A stretch of DNA of 63,999 nt, the filler included, from Gonapodya sp. JEL0774 (lineage: Eukaryota), in NCBI GenBank assembly GCA_027604505.1. It is 3 parts of 3 records of this genome, joined end to end, with 100 filler letters (N's around TTAATTAATTAA, not from the genome) between each part and the next. Parts side by side here need not be neighbours in the genome. Positions count along the whole stretch, not along the records: positions 1 to 24,903 come from JADIIX010000226.1; 2 more parts are not named here. One strand, given 5' to 3'. Shown in pieces: positions 1-13,786 of the stretch; the first letter of the stretch is position 1, and every line of letters begins with the position of its first letter. The position numbers and the translations under genes are program-made. The notes under the pieces are model-generated. The model was not told where the DNA came from, did not search any database, and saw only the letters and a list, made by a program, of their open reading frames with translations.

Positions 1-200
1 TCTTACAAAATTACGTGCTTTTGAAAAGAAAAGTGTGATTTTGAAAATGAAAGTACTCGCGTTTTGGGGTGGCCGTTGCCGTTCAATCATGGTATACATG
101 TGAACCTTTCAAGAAGCATAATTCACAAGAAGTCACACCGCGTCAAAATCTCGCACCTGCTACGTGGATCTTGTCTGTTCATTGGTTTGCTCATTCTTCA

Positions 201-1582
201 ATGGCGCCAGACGATCAATCACCACGCCAATCACGTGTCAAGCTGCTCACATGGAACGCCTTTATGCGCCCACCCCCTGTGGAAAGCAAGGGGGGTGATT
301 TCAAGAATCAGCGATTGAACTTCTGGATCAACAGATGGCTTCATGACTATGATATCGTGTGCTTCCAGGTATTCTTTGTTTACTGTTTGCATTGATGCAC
401 TCTTCCTGGAACGGATCTCTGTTTAAGGAACTTTTTGGACTCCTCTCGTCGCGTCGCGAGACCCTTCTCACCCGATCTAAAGAATTTGCCCCACCATTCT
501 CTCACGCAGCTTGGATAGATTACCCACCTTGGAAAAGGGGCTTTTACATCGTAGATGGCGGTCTATGTATCTGTTCTCGATATCCGATTGTTGGAAAGGA
601 GCAAGTAATTTATCCTGCGGGAGCATCTGTCGACAGGTGAGACCGACAATTCGGTTTTTCACTCTGGCTTTCTAAATGAGTCTTCGTCGTGAGAATCTGT
701 GCGAAAGGAGCCCTCTATACCAAAATTGCCCTCCCTGGACTTGATGATGACAATGCGCAACGTGGTCCGTTTCTGCACATATTCGTCACCCACCTCCAGG
801 CCGATTACAGTCCCACCCCAATCACCACTTCTTCAACGCAACACTTGGATGACAAGCAGGCTGGCTCCTCGGCGTCCGAGTCTCGGATCTATGATGTTCG
901 CCGCCTGCAGCTCGAAACGCTTAGGGATTTCATTCATTCGTGTCTGAATCAATACAACTATCGTGAAACCGCTAGCCTTGAGGCTGAAAGTTTAAATGCA
1001 CCAGCCGATATAGCACTCCTGGTCGGAGACCTCAACTCCGATGGTATTACCCACTCCGACGGCGGACTGGAACATGGATGGCAATTGAATCTCTTGAAAC
1101 ACGTTCTTGAGTCTGATTTAGGCTCATCAGCCGGGACCACTACGCGAGGTACTGCAAAATTGAACTTAACGGACATCTTTTATTCCCAACATGGCACGCA
1201 TCCCGTCACCACATTGTCTCTCTTTCACGAGCTTCCGGACAATTTTAAGGAGCCGAAGGATGGCTGGCACCCCTCAGCGTACACAGACGCATCCCAACCG
1301 GCGCTGACACCTCCTGCGCCGAATCCCATGGAGTACAAATGTCTGGACTACATCTTCCAACTACGGTGGAATATTGACAGCGCGGCAACATCGGCTCCTT
1401 ACATAGATGTTATCTCTGATGCAAGTGGGACAATGACAAGTGTGATTCCTTCTAACCCTCGCGTCAACCCGTTCCGAATTAGTAGTGCCGACAGAGTTAA
1501 GTTTGCGAGCCTCATTGGAGGGACGCCCCTTATTCATGCGAGTGACCACGCGGGATTGGAGACTGATTTGGTGCTCAAATAA
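201..1582 (+). CDS. Endonuclease/exonuclease/phosphatase-family hydrolase, neutral sphingomyelinase/ISC1-like (3 exons: 201-368, 428-636, 694-1582)
   Basis: EEP motifs across spliced exons: LLTWNAFM, DIVCFQELF, DGGLCICSRYPI, AKGALY, THLQA, GDLN, LDYIF, SDH. Confidence 0.85.
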
Positions 1583-1936
1583 TCAGGCTTCAGTCTAAGA
1601 CAAGCCGGGGGGTGGAATGTCGAGAAGAGATATATCACGTTTTGTAACTGGACGGGAAGCTCAATCTCAATGACGTTTCAAAAGTCCCTACTTGGGTGGT
1701 GTTACATATCACCTCCCTCTCCACTTTTGGTCGAATCAAGAGCAGCGATCTGAAAAAAGCCGGCATTTAGGACATGAGTGTACATCATTCTCGTACCAAT
1801 ACAGAGCAATTACACAAGCTGTTCTATCAGCTTCTCAAAATGGCAGGAGAGTGGAGTATGCAACAGTCAATCGTTTCGTTTCACACTGAAATATAAAATT
1901 TCTCCACTTATCACTCTGAAACACTCTTTGGCCAAC

Positions 1937-4608
1937 TCAAGCCTGGGATAGATTTGCCCGACTCCCCTTCCTCCCCTCATACTCTCTCAATTTGATTAGA
2001 CACTTCTCCCTTACTTCGTCAAACCATTTTGCGTCGCGTTCCACCTCAACGCGGGAGTGTTCCACGTACCGAGCCGCGGCGGGCACAAGGCGAGCTAGCT
2101 GCTGGTGATTCTGTAGGAGGGCGTGGGAAGTAGTGAGGTGAGCCGCGACGAGTTGGGGTAGCGTTGGAAGGATTGAGCCCAGTCGGGTGTGAGTGGTTTG
2201 GAAGCTTAAATAACGAATTAGATACCACCAAACGCGTTCACAACGAAGATAAGATTAGCTAGACAAATAATATGAGTATCTTACCGTTTTTCAAGCTCGA
2301 GATTCGTCTCCAACAGCTTGGTAAGCTCGTCAAACTGGATTCAGCTTGGTCAGGGCACAATACGCGACCCACATCCCCATCCCCCTTTCATGACTCACTG
2401 CTTCCATTTCTTTCCTCTCATGCATCGATGCTCTAGCCTCAACACTTCCATTCGTTCCACCACTTCCACCGAGCACCTTACCCACCCCTAAGCCTTCACT
2501 CCACTCCCTGCACAAAACTTCACCCTCCTCCGCCATGCGAACCCCCTGCCTCGCCTCAGCGACCATCCTACGAGCACGTTCCCGAACTTCAGATGTGATC
2601 GTCGGGGCACGCCGGGAGGGCGATGGGGATTCCGGTGAAAGAACCGTTTCCGGCGCTGTTGCAACTAGCCCAGAGGGGACCGTTAAATCGGATTCAAAAG
2701 ACGTCAGGCGAGCCAGAAGGTCCGAGAGACGTGTTTTGACATCATCCTGAGTTGCGGAGTGTGGTTTATCACAGTGCATTGGAAACCCTGCACATCAAAT
2801 TAGCATCGTGATGCTCACCCGCCTCCTCTTCAAACCTCCCAAAGTCCCCACCTCACCCCTAACTCTCCTCAACTCCTCCACAACTTTTCCCACTTGACCA
2901 TCTCCGTCGGCTACGCCCAATGACAGTCTCTGCAATCCCTGAACCAAGGGACTCTGCATCTCGGCAGGCTCAATGTGCCCATAAGGAACCGAATCGACTC
3001 CCGCAAGGGAGCCTGGGACATAGAGCGGCGCGAGTGACGGTTGCGACGTCTCGGAATCTGACACGTTGGCCGCGATGGAAGCTGGCGTGAGAAACGCCGC
3101 TGCAATAGAGGGGGCACGTTCGCGAGTTGGTTGGTTTGGTACCGCTGAGGGGACCGCAACAACGGACACTGAACCGGCGCTTGATGGAGGAGAATGGCCG
3201 TGCACGGGTGTAGGAGCGGCGATATCGTGAGCGTCGGCCCCGGCTGGGTGTACTGATGCACGTCTGCCCCTATCTTTTGTCTCAGCTCTCTCCATTTCCA
3301 CTTGCCACGCACGCGCGAGGACTTCTGCCGCCTCGACTTTCCCGACGGACTCGGCAAGGTCCAAAGGGGTGTAACCAGACATGTCCCGACGGTGAAGTTT
3401 TGCACCCGCAGCGAGGAGCGCGTGGATGGATGGGAGGGAGCCACACAAAGCGGCTTCGTGGAGAGCTGTGCGACCTTCGTTATCACGTTTGGAGCAAGAG
3501 GCGGTTGGGCGGGCGGGACCTGAATTGCAATGAAGAGAAGTTGTCGGATATGAGACGATGAACAGAAGAAGAGAGGGTGGATTATCCGTCTAGCAAACCA
3601 AAACCAACTCTCCCACATCAAGATTTGTGGTCCGACAATTCTTAGAACTGACTTCGTCCTCCCCGTACCCAACCCCACATTCCCCCCTCCCCCCCGCTCC
3701 CCCATTCTCCACCCCTCAGATGACTCCGTAGAAGAGCTAACCCACACACCTGGGCTTTTGGGCGCGTCCAAGCCAAGAAGCGCCCTAATTACATCAGCGT
3801 GGCCACCTTGCGCTGCATGGATCAAGGCTGTACGTCCCCACTGGTCTCGAGCGTCGACCTTCGCGCCGAATTCGAGCAGAATCTTTACAATGGCTAGATC
3901 GCCCTTCCTCGCCGCACCCACAAGAGGTGTCTGTCCCGAGCCAGTCTTGACGTTGACGTTGACGTGGCCATTTTCGCACAGCAGGCGGACACATTGGGCG
4001 GAACCTGACGACACGGCAGCGAGCAAAGGAGTCTCGCCGAAAAAGCCGCCCTTGGTGTCAGCGAATGCACCACGCGAGAGAAGGAAAGATACGATTTCAG
4101 GGGATCGAGCAAAGCATGCGCGCATGAGAAGGGTTTGGGACAGGTCGTCCCGGGAGTCTGGGTCGATTTTGAAGTCTGTGATCCTGGAAGATTTGGAGGT
4201 AATACGTGAACGTTAAACGAGATCATAGAGTATCACAGGAGTAGTAGAGAGCGACAATATACAATGCAAGCCAATCCATCAGGTGCATGTGGTGGAGATG
4301 CATCACGAATTGCATGAGAATCGACTGACCGCCGTGTCTAAACTTTAAGTTATGTCAAACGGAGGACGAAAGCACAGCTTATGTACGAGTTGCTCCTTCT
4401 CTCGCGTTCCCTAGCTATCCTCTCACTTTCCGCACTCAGAAACTCACCAGGTCCTAACCGCGTCCAGGTCACCATTGTCAGTTGCCGTGAAGACATCAAG
4501 TACTGGCCTGATGAGTTTCCCTGTTTTCTTCTTGGTTTGCGCAGGTCCAGAATCATGGGATTCCGCAGAATCGAGCAGCTGTGTCCCGGCAAGGATTTCT
4601 GTGGTCAT
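1937..4608 (-). CDS. Ankyrin-repeat protein with helical C-terminal region, multi-exon
   Basis: Ankyrin consensus repeats GETPLLAAV, GQTPLVGAARKGDLAIVKILL, GRTALIHAAQGGH, GYTPLDLA. Start and stop inferred from splice sites. Confidence 0.8.
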
Positions 4609-5078
4609 TTCTTTCGTTTAAAAGAACGAAACAGAAGTGATGGCGGGAGAAGGTAAGTTAGTTAGTTTAATAGCGAGGTGGCATGAAAATGTTACAAGGA
4701 TCAGGATGAGAACAGCTCAGGCACAAGTCGGGACATCGTGGGGATGGGGCGAATAAGGCGGAACGACCTTTTGGTACAATCCGCAAGCCGAATACCCGGT
4801 CAATTGATATATTCAATTCTCATCTAGCGTAGTGTATTTGTGCTGAACACGTTAATCTCCAGATATTATTCTTTGTGGTGGTGCAGTTATTATTTATGTG
4901 TGGTGAGTCAGGCAGGCTAATCAGTCCCTTCCTGTCAGGGCAGGGTATGTATGACAAAGGCATCTATAATCTTTGTCGGTAAATATCATTCCATCACGGC
5001 GAATATTCTGCGCAGCATTACCCCTGTTAGCTACCGTCCCTTCTACCTGGACGGCTAGGCCATTGAAGAACTGCAACA

Positions 5079-8000
5079 ATGCGCCTCTCACTGGTTGTGC
5101 CCATCAATCTCATCGTTATCCTTGCGACAACACTATCTGTATCAGCTGTGGAGTTCATCACGATTTACCAGCCCCTAGGTAATCCGGTTCCGCCTCCCAA
5201 CGATACGACGTGGCCGTTCAACACTGCAGCAGCGGAATTCAACCAAACGTATGATGGTCAGTGGGCAGTTCAAATCGTATATGCGTCTTGGACACAAATC
5301 GCCACGTACATTGTGACGGGGGATCCCAATCGGGGAGGCAAGTTTCCTGTGAGCATCCAATGCCCCACAATCGAGTCGCCTGATAACTTACCGCCTCGAT
5401 CTTCTATTCAAGGATGTCATTGTCGTCGGTGGAGCCATTGACAACTTTGTCCGCGCTCAGTCGGTGGTCCCGTTGACTTCGTACCTTAACGCTTGGGCTG
5501 CAGTGAGGCCGGACGGTGACATCACAAAGGACATTGCAAGAGCTTCATCGTAAGTAGTGCTGACTGCCTGCTGAACTGTCATGATCATCTTTATGGATCT
5601 TCTGTTGAACAGGTTTGCATATTTTGTTCAGGACGAATGGTATGCTCTCCCAATCGCTTTGGATCTGAGACCCTTCTTCTATCGTATGTATCCTGAGCGT
5701 TTTTTCTACCCTTTCCTCTCTTATTGCTGATCGCTCATTGCCGTTACCAAAGGGGTTGATTTGTATCAAAAATACTTAAACAAAACAACTCCCCCATCAA
5801 CCTGGGATGAACTCGTATCAAATTCTCTTCAAATTCAAGCATTAGCTAAAGCCAGAGACAACGTCACGTACTATGGATTTGTCGCCCCACACAATGCCAG
5901 TGATTGGGCCACCATTCAGTGGTTTATCCGTGCGTATCGATTCGCTGCCGTTGACCAACTAGCGATCCAGCCATAATCTATTTCATGTTCCCCGATGAAA
6001 CCAATGCATAGCGACATTTTTGAGCTGGGGAGCGCAAATCGCAACTTCAAATTTCGAGTGCGGACTGAATAGCCCGGAGTTCCGTGGCGCCGTCAAGTTT
6101 TGGACAGGTTTGCGTCACAGTTCCAGTAAATGAGGGAAGGGAGGGAAGACTCCCATCTCAAAGAACTGAATATCGTGGATTCTCAGATCTTTGGCTCAAC
6201 GATACTCAGAAGATTTCCCCTTACACCGGAAATTTAACATACTCTGATTACATGTTTTGGTTCGGTGATGGCAAAGTCATTCACTGGAATGATGGTTCAG
6301 TAAGTGCTATCGCTGCTTTTCCAAAAAGTTTATCCCAGGCATCACTATTTGTATCATCCTGGAACTCAAGTGGGACAAAGCATTTTGGGGGAGTGGCTGG
6401 CTGACGCAGTTGTACGCATGCAACTACGACTTTTCAACGACAACCAATTTTTCTACAAACCGCTTCCATGTTGCGATGATGAAAAACCCACGAGGTCCTC
6501 GGGTTCGGGCAGCTTTTAGCGGAGGCACCGGCCTCGCTATCCCCACTGGTTCGAAAATGAAGGATGCTGCAATGGCGTATATCCGCATCTTCACAGACCC
6601 AGCCAAAAGCCATATACAACTCATGTCCAAGGGCAGCGTGTCTCCATACATATCGGTGCAGTCTCTGCAAGACACAACTAATCCTGCGTTGAGCGCAATG
6701 CTCTGTCAAGCGCCGTACGCATACCCGGAAACATTCCCCAAGAGCTTTCCCGAATGTACGCTCTTGCCTGAAATTTCCTATCTCGTCGACACTTCTTCTC
6801 ACCGTGCCGGATTACTTGTTCCTCAGATTCAAAAGTAAGCGATGCGAACTTGATACCCATGATGCTCCAGCAAGTCGCCACTGGAAATTTAACTGTGGAA
6901 AGTGCCACAGACGAAGCGTGTGCCCAAATGAATGCTATCATGTACCCTCCTCCACAAGCGATATCTTACCAGAAACCCGCTGCAATCATTATTGTCTTAA
7001 TCAACGCGCTTCTCCAAGTATTCTGCCTATGCTTGGTTGCGACTCTGTTCTTGCTACGCAACCAACCCTCAATCCAAGCCATGGACTTCGCAATGAGTAG
7101 CACCGTGCTCTTCGGTTGCATTGTCTTCCTTGCAAACACGTACACATACATTGGAACACTAACGATTCCTGCATGCAGATCATCGGTATTTCTTGTCACG
7201 ATAGGCTCTGGTCTGATTCTGGGACCTTGTATCGCCAAGCTTTATCGGATCTGGACAGTCTTTGAAGGAGTTGGAGTTAAAAAGGTCGCCCTTCGCACAT
7301 CAACGTTATTCTCTATTGTGGGCGCTGTAACTTCCGTGGAACTCTGTCTTGCAATCGTGTGGACCGCTATCGACCCACCTGGATTCGTCAAAACGACCCT
7401 GGACAGTGGTGAACGAACTCAAATCTGTCGGAGCACAAGCACAGCCGTGAACAGTGGTTTTTTCTGGGCCTTGATTGCATACAATGCTTTTCTTCTGTTT
7501 GTGGGGTTGGCACTTGCTTGGCTGAGCCGCAACGCTTACGACAGGTTTAATGAGTCCCGCGAGATCGCCATCGGGTTCTTGAACATTCTGTTCCTCGGGC
7601 TTGTCTGGCTGCTAATGAGCGTGGCAACTCTGACCCAAGAGTTCCAATTCTGGATACGCGCGGCTTTCCAGATGGGCATGGTCCTGTGAGTGCCCCCCCA
7701 TATTATCCGTCACTCTCGATCCTCTAATGAGTGCAAACAATGTGCATGCTCCATCAGTGCACTCGTCGCAACTCTTTACCTGCCACGAATCTCAAAAGTA
7801 AGTCACACTCATGTGCAGGTGATTGTGATGATGGTAACGTTTCTTGCTGTTTCCTGATTCCGCCGAATGCAGGCGCTACAGACAAGAGGTGGAACCGACG
7901 AAGGTTTTGATTTCTCACGGAGTAACCGCAATGCGGGAAGCACAAGCGGACTGAGCAGTTCCAGTACTGTTGCGCTCAAAAAGCAGCAACTTGAGAAGAC

Positions 8001-8522
8001 CAAAACAACTGAGGTTCGTGCGCCCAAATGTTCGAACACTCCTCAAAACAGTCCTTCCGATTGTTTTCAATTTCGCGCTACTAGCTTCTCAGGGCGGAGT
8101 GCAGCGTCCTTAGATCTTCTGTTCTTGGTTTCAAGAGGTGGTCTACCCGCAAGCTGAATTACATGCCCACCCTGGGTTTGCTCGTCATGGACCCGGATAC
8201 GAAACGGAGCTATTTGGGCGAGATATTCAAAGTTCCTGAAGGCACTACGTTTTCCAGAATGGAGAAGGGAGAGGGAAATGAGGACGAGCCCACGTACTGC
8301 TTGACCATTCCGCCAGTCGGGCCGCAAAAGAGAACTCTCTTGTTTATACAGTTCTCCCAGCAATTTCAAGCGTCCGAGTGGGAATCGTGGCTGCTCAGCA
8401 AGAGTGCTCCCACGAAGGCCAAGAGCATTGTCTTTGACGGCAACACTCAGAAGAAAGCAGACGCAAGCGATCTTTCATCCAAGGAAGTTTCAGGATCCCA
8501 CGTAGTGGATTCAGGAATATGA
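5079..8522 (+). CDS. Class C (7tm_3) GPCR with extracellular solute-binding-protein-like domain and C-terminal PH-like domain, multi-exon
   Basis: Signal peptide; SBP-like segments WYALPIALDLRPFFY, PPSTWDELV, GGTGLAIP..KDAAMAYIRIF; 7TM in 6850-7800 with IAKLYRIWTVF, YNAFLL, DRFNESREI, LYLPRI. Confidence 0.8.
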
Positions 8523-8777
8523 ATGACCGATTCATGTATTATTATGTAACGGAAGAATATAGAGGTAATAATAGACATGAAGACTTAAGGAAATAGACTT
8601 ATCTATAAACGACTGTGGAGGAACACCACCAATGACAATTGCATTTTTTCTACGTGCCTCAATTGATCCACAATCCATGCAGAAGTTCTTGTTTGACATG
8701 AGTGTTTTGTTGATGTCACTTTACATTGCGGACATGCTCCCGCGTGTGATAGACAGAACACGCTGCCGACACTAAGT

Positions 8778-9895
8778 TCAGACAGTTGGACCCGGGTTAA
8801 TAGCCGCCGAACCTGCTACCTCTCTTCTCCTCCTCTCGATGACCAAGGCATCCACTGACAGTCCCGCAACACTTGCGATGAAACCACCGCCTACTCCCTT
8901 GTAAATTGCGGGCACCGACCAACTTTCGAACGCCCATACCCCGTACTGTGAATTCCAGACCGCAAAGGAAGGTTGTACACCCAGTACTAGAATGAGCGTG
9001 AGTGGGGTGAAGGTACCTAAAAAGACGACCAGAAGAAAGAGTACCCAGCGAGATACTGTCGCCGGCAGGAATGGGCGCTTCGGGGGAAACCGAATGCCAG
9101 CGTCCGCGACGGTGACTGCAGGGATGACAGTCGGGGGCACAGTGGAGGAGTCCCGGTCGTGTGGAGCGGCAGAGGCCGTCATGTGTTGCTCATCTTCCCG
9201 TCCAATCGAGTTTCCGTTCGCAAGTCCTTCCCGGCCACCTTCTACTGACAACTCAATCTTCTCTCTTCGCCGACTTTTCACAACGCCGACAAAGTCCCAG
9301 CCAGGTCGGACCATCCAGTCTATTGCTTCGTATAGGCTCTTACGCGTAACTGCCGATCTTCTCGGTTCGATAAGCATCACACCTTCGAGCGTGTTGCCCG
9401 TCGTCAGTTGACCTGAAACTAGCCATGTGATCACACATGTTAAAATAATGGTGACTGCTGTGTCGCCTGGACAAATGGGTATTAGCATCAACAATTGAAC
9501 CGGAAAGATCGTCCGGGAACTCTTTTGTGAGATTCCCGTTTCTCCGACACCTGTGACACAGAGGGACATTTACCTACAAGTGTATTTGGCAGCCGCCACA
9601 ATGTCACGGGATCCGTTGCTGATTTGTACCTGTCGACAAAGTAGCCAGGTGCGTCGGTCAGAACGACGAGTAGGCAATGCAATCGGAATGGCCCTGCTTG
9701 CAGCCTCAGTCAACTTTCAAAATGTTGCACCCACATTGCGACTGCGATCGCGAAGTTAATGGCAAAGGCTATCAGAAATGGCCCGATTGTCGAAAACACG
9801 ACCAGGTAGAGTGATAAGGGGAAATTTTTGGGAGGGAGGAGGGAGATTGGGTGGGAAGCATGCGGAGAGGATATGGTCGATTGGGAAGACGGCAT
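8778..9895 (-). CDS. Hypothetical multi-pass membrane protein, multi-exon
   Basis: Several hydrophobic segments in ORFs 9710-9997 and 8778-9569; no family recognised. Confidence 0.5.
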
Positions 9896-10046
9896 TAGAC
9901 GGGAGACGGGGAAAAGTGAGGGGAACAGATCAAGCCGAAATGCATTGCAGTTGTGGCGGATGAGGGTTGGTCGCTGATCAGTGTTGCCCCAACTCACCCA
10001 TCACAATAAAACTGAACAGATTCTTGTTGCACCGCATACCATCAAA

Positions 10047-12789
10047 ATGGATAATGAGTCGCAAACTCAGAGTCGCGATTTGGTGCTTAATGAATGGTCG
10101 GACTTGCCCCGCCCACTTCGCATTCTTCCAGGGAACGTGTTTCCCAAGTTCTCACCTGTGGTTGCATCAGCCTCGTCGCTTTTGCAGTTCCCCTCCATGC
10201 AACCTCCAACAGATATGGAAAATGAAGCGGACAGGCTTCGCGCGTTGCGCAGCATGAACGCGCCGAAGAAGAACCGAACGTTCTCAAACTCCTCTGGGGG
10301 AGTCTCTGTGGTGTTTGACCACAATCGCTCACTCCTCGGACGATTATCTGGTCAGCTATCATTCCAAAGCAAATTGACAAACGAAGGGAGCCAGCGTCGA
10401 CTTACTCGTGGAAAGGGTACTCTCAAAAAAATGCAAGTAGAGTCGGCAAGTTCGGGACTTATGGCACTCTTTAGCCCCACTTCCGCACAGTCTAGAGATG
10501 TTGGTGATCCGCTTTTGGGTGGCGAGGACATGGACAGAGCGTTCGCCTCGCCTTACAGCGAAGCTGAGGACGTTGCACTTCAGTCAGGCAATGACCTTCC
10601 ATGCCGAGACCTGTCTGATCCTACGGGAACAGAAGACGAAAACCAGTTGATGGAGCGGGGTGGACCATACTTTGCTGGGCCAGAAGCGATTGCCTCAGGC
10701 TTTTCTGATGACGAAAGCGATGACGGGTCCGTCTCGGAGTCGGACGATGAGAGTCCCGACAAATCGGCCCTCCTCGATGATGTCGCACGGGGAACCGTTG
10801 CGACAACGCAACTTAGCCCAGACGAACTACTGCAAATGATTGAGTTGGATGACGCTCCCCGTGGGAACATGACTCAACACTACGCGGTGCTCGGCTCCGA
10901 ACACAATTCAAAATCCCGAAAAAGGTCCAAACTCAGTACTCATCGACTCTCTAAATGTCTAAGATCTCGCTTCCCCTACCCATTTCGTCTCTCGTTACCT
11001 CTGGTCGTGGAATGTTTCCCTTCAATGATTATTTCGATGTCGGTGACCTTTGTGGGTATCTTTTCACAACCCAAGTTTACTTCTCTGCCCACTCTTAGAT
11101 CAGCACTTCTTCTCGCCGGGGAGCTCTTTGACATTCAAGAGAAGTCATGGAACGTTTTCCAGAAACTACCCGGTTTGACCGTCTTAGTTCCGATTTTGCT
11201 CAATTTGTGAGTCCATCCCACCAGTGATGGGACGGGGCCGAGAGAAAGAAAAAGCTACTCGCAAGCATTCTGAACCAGTCTATCGCTAATAGGAAAGGAA
11301 ACTTGGAACTTAACCTTGCAGCACGGTTGGGCAGCGAAGTAGCCCGTGGTAATCTCAAGTTCGGGTTCGCTGGTGTTGGTATCATTGGAGACCAGGAGCG
11401 AGCAGCACGGCGGCGGGTTATCTGGGGCAATCTTTGTTTGTTGCAGCTACAAAGTGTGGTTGTGGGCACTCTTGCAGGTTCGGCTCAATCTCTAGTACTT
11501 CGTTGACAAACACGTCATGATTCAGGGCCCTCTAGGGTTTGTATCCTGGCTTATCATTCTTGCCACCGGGAAAGGAGACTTGAGCGTCACTGAAATAATG
11601 ATCATGATAACCGCTTCCATCGTCTCGTCATCGCTGACGGCTTTGTTTATGTGAGCCTCTTCGTCCGGCTAGACTGCGCTTTCGATTTGAAAAATCGCTA
11701 TATCTGCATTCTTCTCTTCAAAGGGGAATGTTCATGATCGTTCTTGTTGTGGCGGCGCTATGGCTCCGGTGCGACCCTGACAACCTGCTTATTCCCATCG
11801 CTGGTGAGGGCACTCAACTACAACAAAGCACGGCGCTGATTGAAAGTTCTTCTTCCCGCGTACCTCGCCTATAATAGCCGCCTTTGGAGATCTCGCAACT
11901 CTCTTAATTTTGGGCCTTTCTGGTCAGTTCCTACTTTTCTCGGAAACGGTTTTCGATGATCAGCCCAGGATGAGTTGGGCGACCGGCTTGACAACAAATG
12001 CTTGCTTCGCTGCATGGGCGCTCAGCACTGTACCTTGCTTAATCGTAGCATTGAAAAACCAAGTACGTGACATCACATTGATTGAGCGTTCATTGGAGGC
12101 TTGACCAACCACCGAGAACACTCCACTCCCCTCATAGCACGTTCGCCATGCAATTGCTCCAATGTCATGGCTTCCGTTTCTTGTGTCGGTGGGAATCTCC
12201 AGTAGCGCAGGGTTTTTGCTCGAGAATTTTGTCGGGAGGTTTAATGAGCTGGCGGTGCTCATACCGGTGCTTAACGGTATGTTCAGCGTTCTGATCTGCA
12301 TCTTGTCAGTCGGTCAACAGCTGCTCTCTCATTCTCCCCCTTCCCTCCTCCTCGTTTGGATGTCTCACCCCCGTCACAACACTGTTCATGTTGTACCACA
12401 CAGGTATAGTGGGGAACCTCGTCTCTGTGACAGTGTCTCGTGCGTCGTCCCGGTTGCATTCGGGCCGGCGAGAAAGTCACCATCTGACCGAGGCGACAAT
12501 GAACTACTTGAACATCACCTGTCAACTTCTTGTTCTATTTGCTGTGGGGCTGTTCCGGGTTGTTCAGGTCACCCTCTTCTTTAGTATAGGCTATTTGGTG
12601 GCATCGGTGCTGATGCTGGTACCTTTGTTGCGAGTTCAGCGGCTGTTTGTTGCTTTTTTGTGGAGGAGGAAGCTGGATCCCGACAACCATGCTCTCCCCT
12701 ATCTGACAAGTTTGTGCGATGCATTGGGAACTCTGCTCATGGTTGGGTTGTTTACCGTATTGGTAGCAATAGGTGACCGTGTGACGTGA
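10047..12789 (+). CDS. SLC41/MgtE-family divalent cation (Mg2+) transporter, multi-exon
   Basis: Two MgtE repeats: LVPILLNL/KGNLELNLAARL, CDPDNLLIPIA, GIVGNL, LDPDNHALPYLTSLCDALGT. Confidence 0.88.
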
Positions 12790-12925
12790 CAGTAGAGAAG
12801 TAGATGATTACTGTGCACTACAAAATGTAGTGCTCTAATGGTTGCGGTATCTTGCCATCAGTCCTTCCATTGAGTCAATGTTACCTCGGTCAGGTGACCG
12901 GGATCTGGATCTTCTACGAGAAGAA

Positions 12926-13786
12926 CTAGGAGTTACAGAACTCAAGACGCGTTGAAGCAGATCGGTAGCGAGCTGTATTTTGTGCATCATCAGGAGGAAT
13001 CATAAGGACCCAAGAAACGGCGGAACATACGTTCTCTGCGACTTCCATTTCAAGGTCTCTGGTGAAATTTTCCTCCAGATGATCGGGCATTCCTAAGAGT
13101 ACCGAGATTTGGTGGGTAGAACCCTGCTCAGCATTCATCTGCGACGGTGGTTCGAGCCGCCCCAAATCTCTCAGTGGATATCCTCGTCTTTGTAGTCCTT
13201 CAATGATATCACGCTCAGGGTCATATGAGAGTTCAGAAGCATCGGGCCGAAAAAATGAGATTGGTGGTAACTCGGCCCTGGTGGAGGTTCCCCGCGAAGC
13301 ATTTCCAGCGGTTGATAAGGGCAACCTGCCACTGTCTGGATAAGGCGGTGATCCAGGTGGCGTAGGTACCGCGGGTGTGCTCGCTATTTCTGCCCGTGTG
13401 AAAGTTGAGTCAGCCAGGTGCCGGTCAGTTCTGCCTCCTCTTCCGTTTGTTTCCATCAACGATCCCCAAAGAACATCCAAAACAACCTCACGCTGACCAA
13501 GTGTCATGTCAGCGAACCACGTCTCCAGAAATCGGACCAGATCGCGTGGAGACAATGCTCGAACCCGCGAAACGACAGTGGATATAGGGTCAGCAGGTAG
13601 AGGAAGCATAGTTCTCGAAGCTATAGGAGCGTCTGGTGTCATGTATGCATCCAGTGGATCCGACAAGCCTCCGAATGTTCGAGAGCGGCCCACTCGAGAT
13701 TCAACAATCCTGGCAGCACTTGCGCTTGATGGTTGACGAATATCTGAATGAGATTCCGTCGAATAAAATGTTACTGGAAGACCCAT
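12926..13786 (-). CDS. Hypothetical protein; ends uncertain
   Basis: 286-codon ORF; no recognised motif. Confidence 0.4.
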   Translation of the reverse strand: MGLPVTFYSTESHSDIRQPSSASAARIVESRVGRSRTFGGLSDPLDAYMTPDAPIASRTMLPLPADPISTVVSRVRALSPRDLVRFLETWFADMTLGQREVVLDVLWGSLMETNGRGGRTDRHLADSTFTRAEIASTPAVPTPPGSPPYPDSGRLPLSTAGNASRGTSTRAELPPISFFRPDASELSYDPERDIIEGLQRRGYPLRDLGRLEPPSQMNAEQGSTHQISVLLGMPDHLEENFTRDLEMEVAENVCSAVSWVLMIPPDDAQNTARYRSASTRLEFCNS

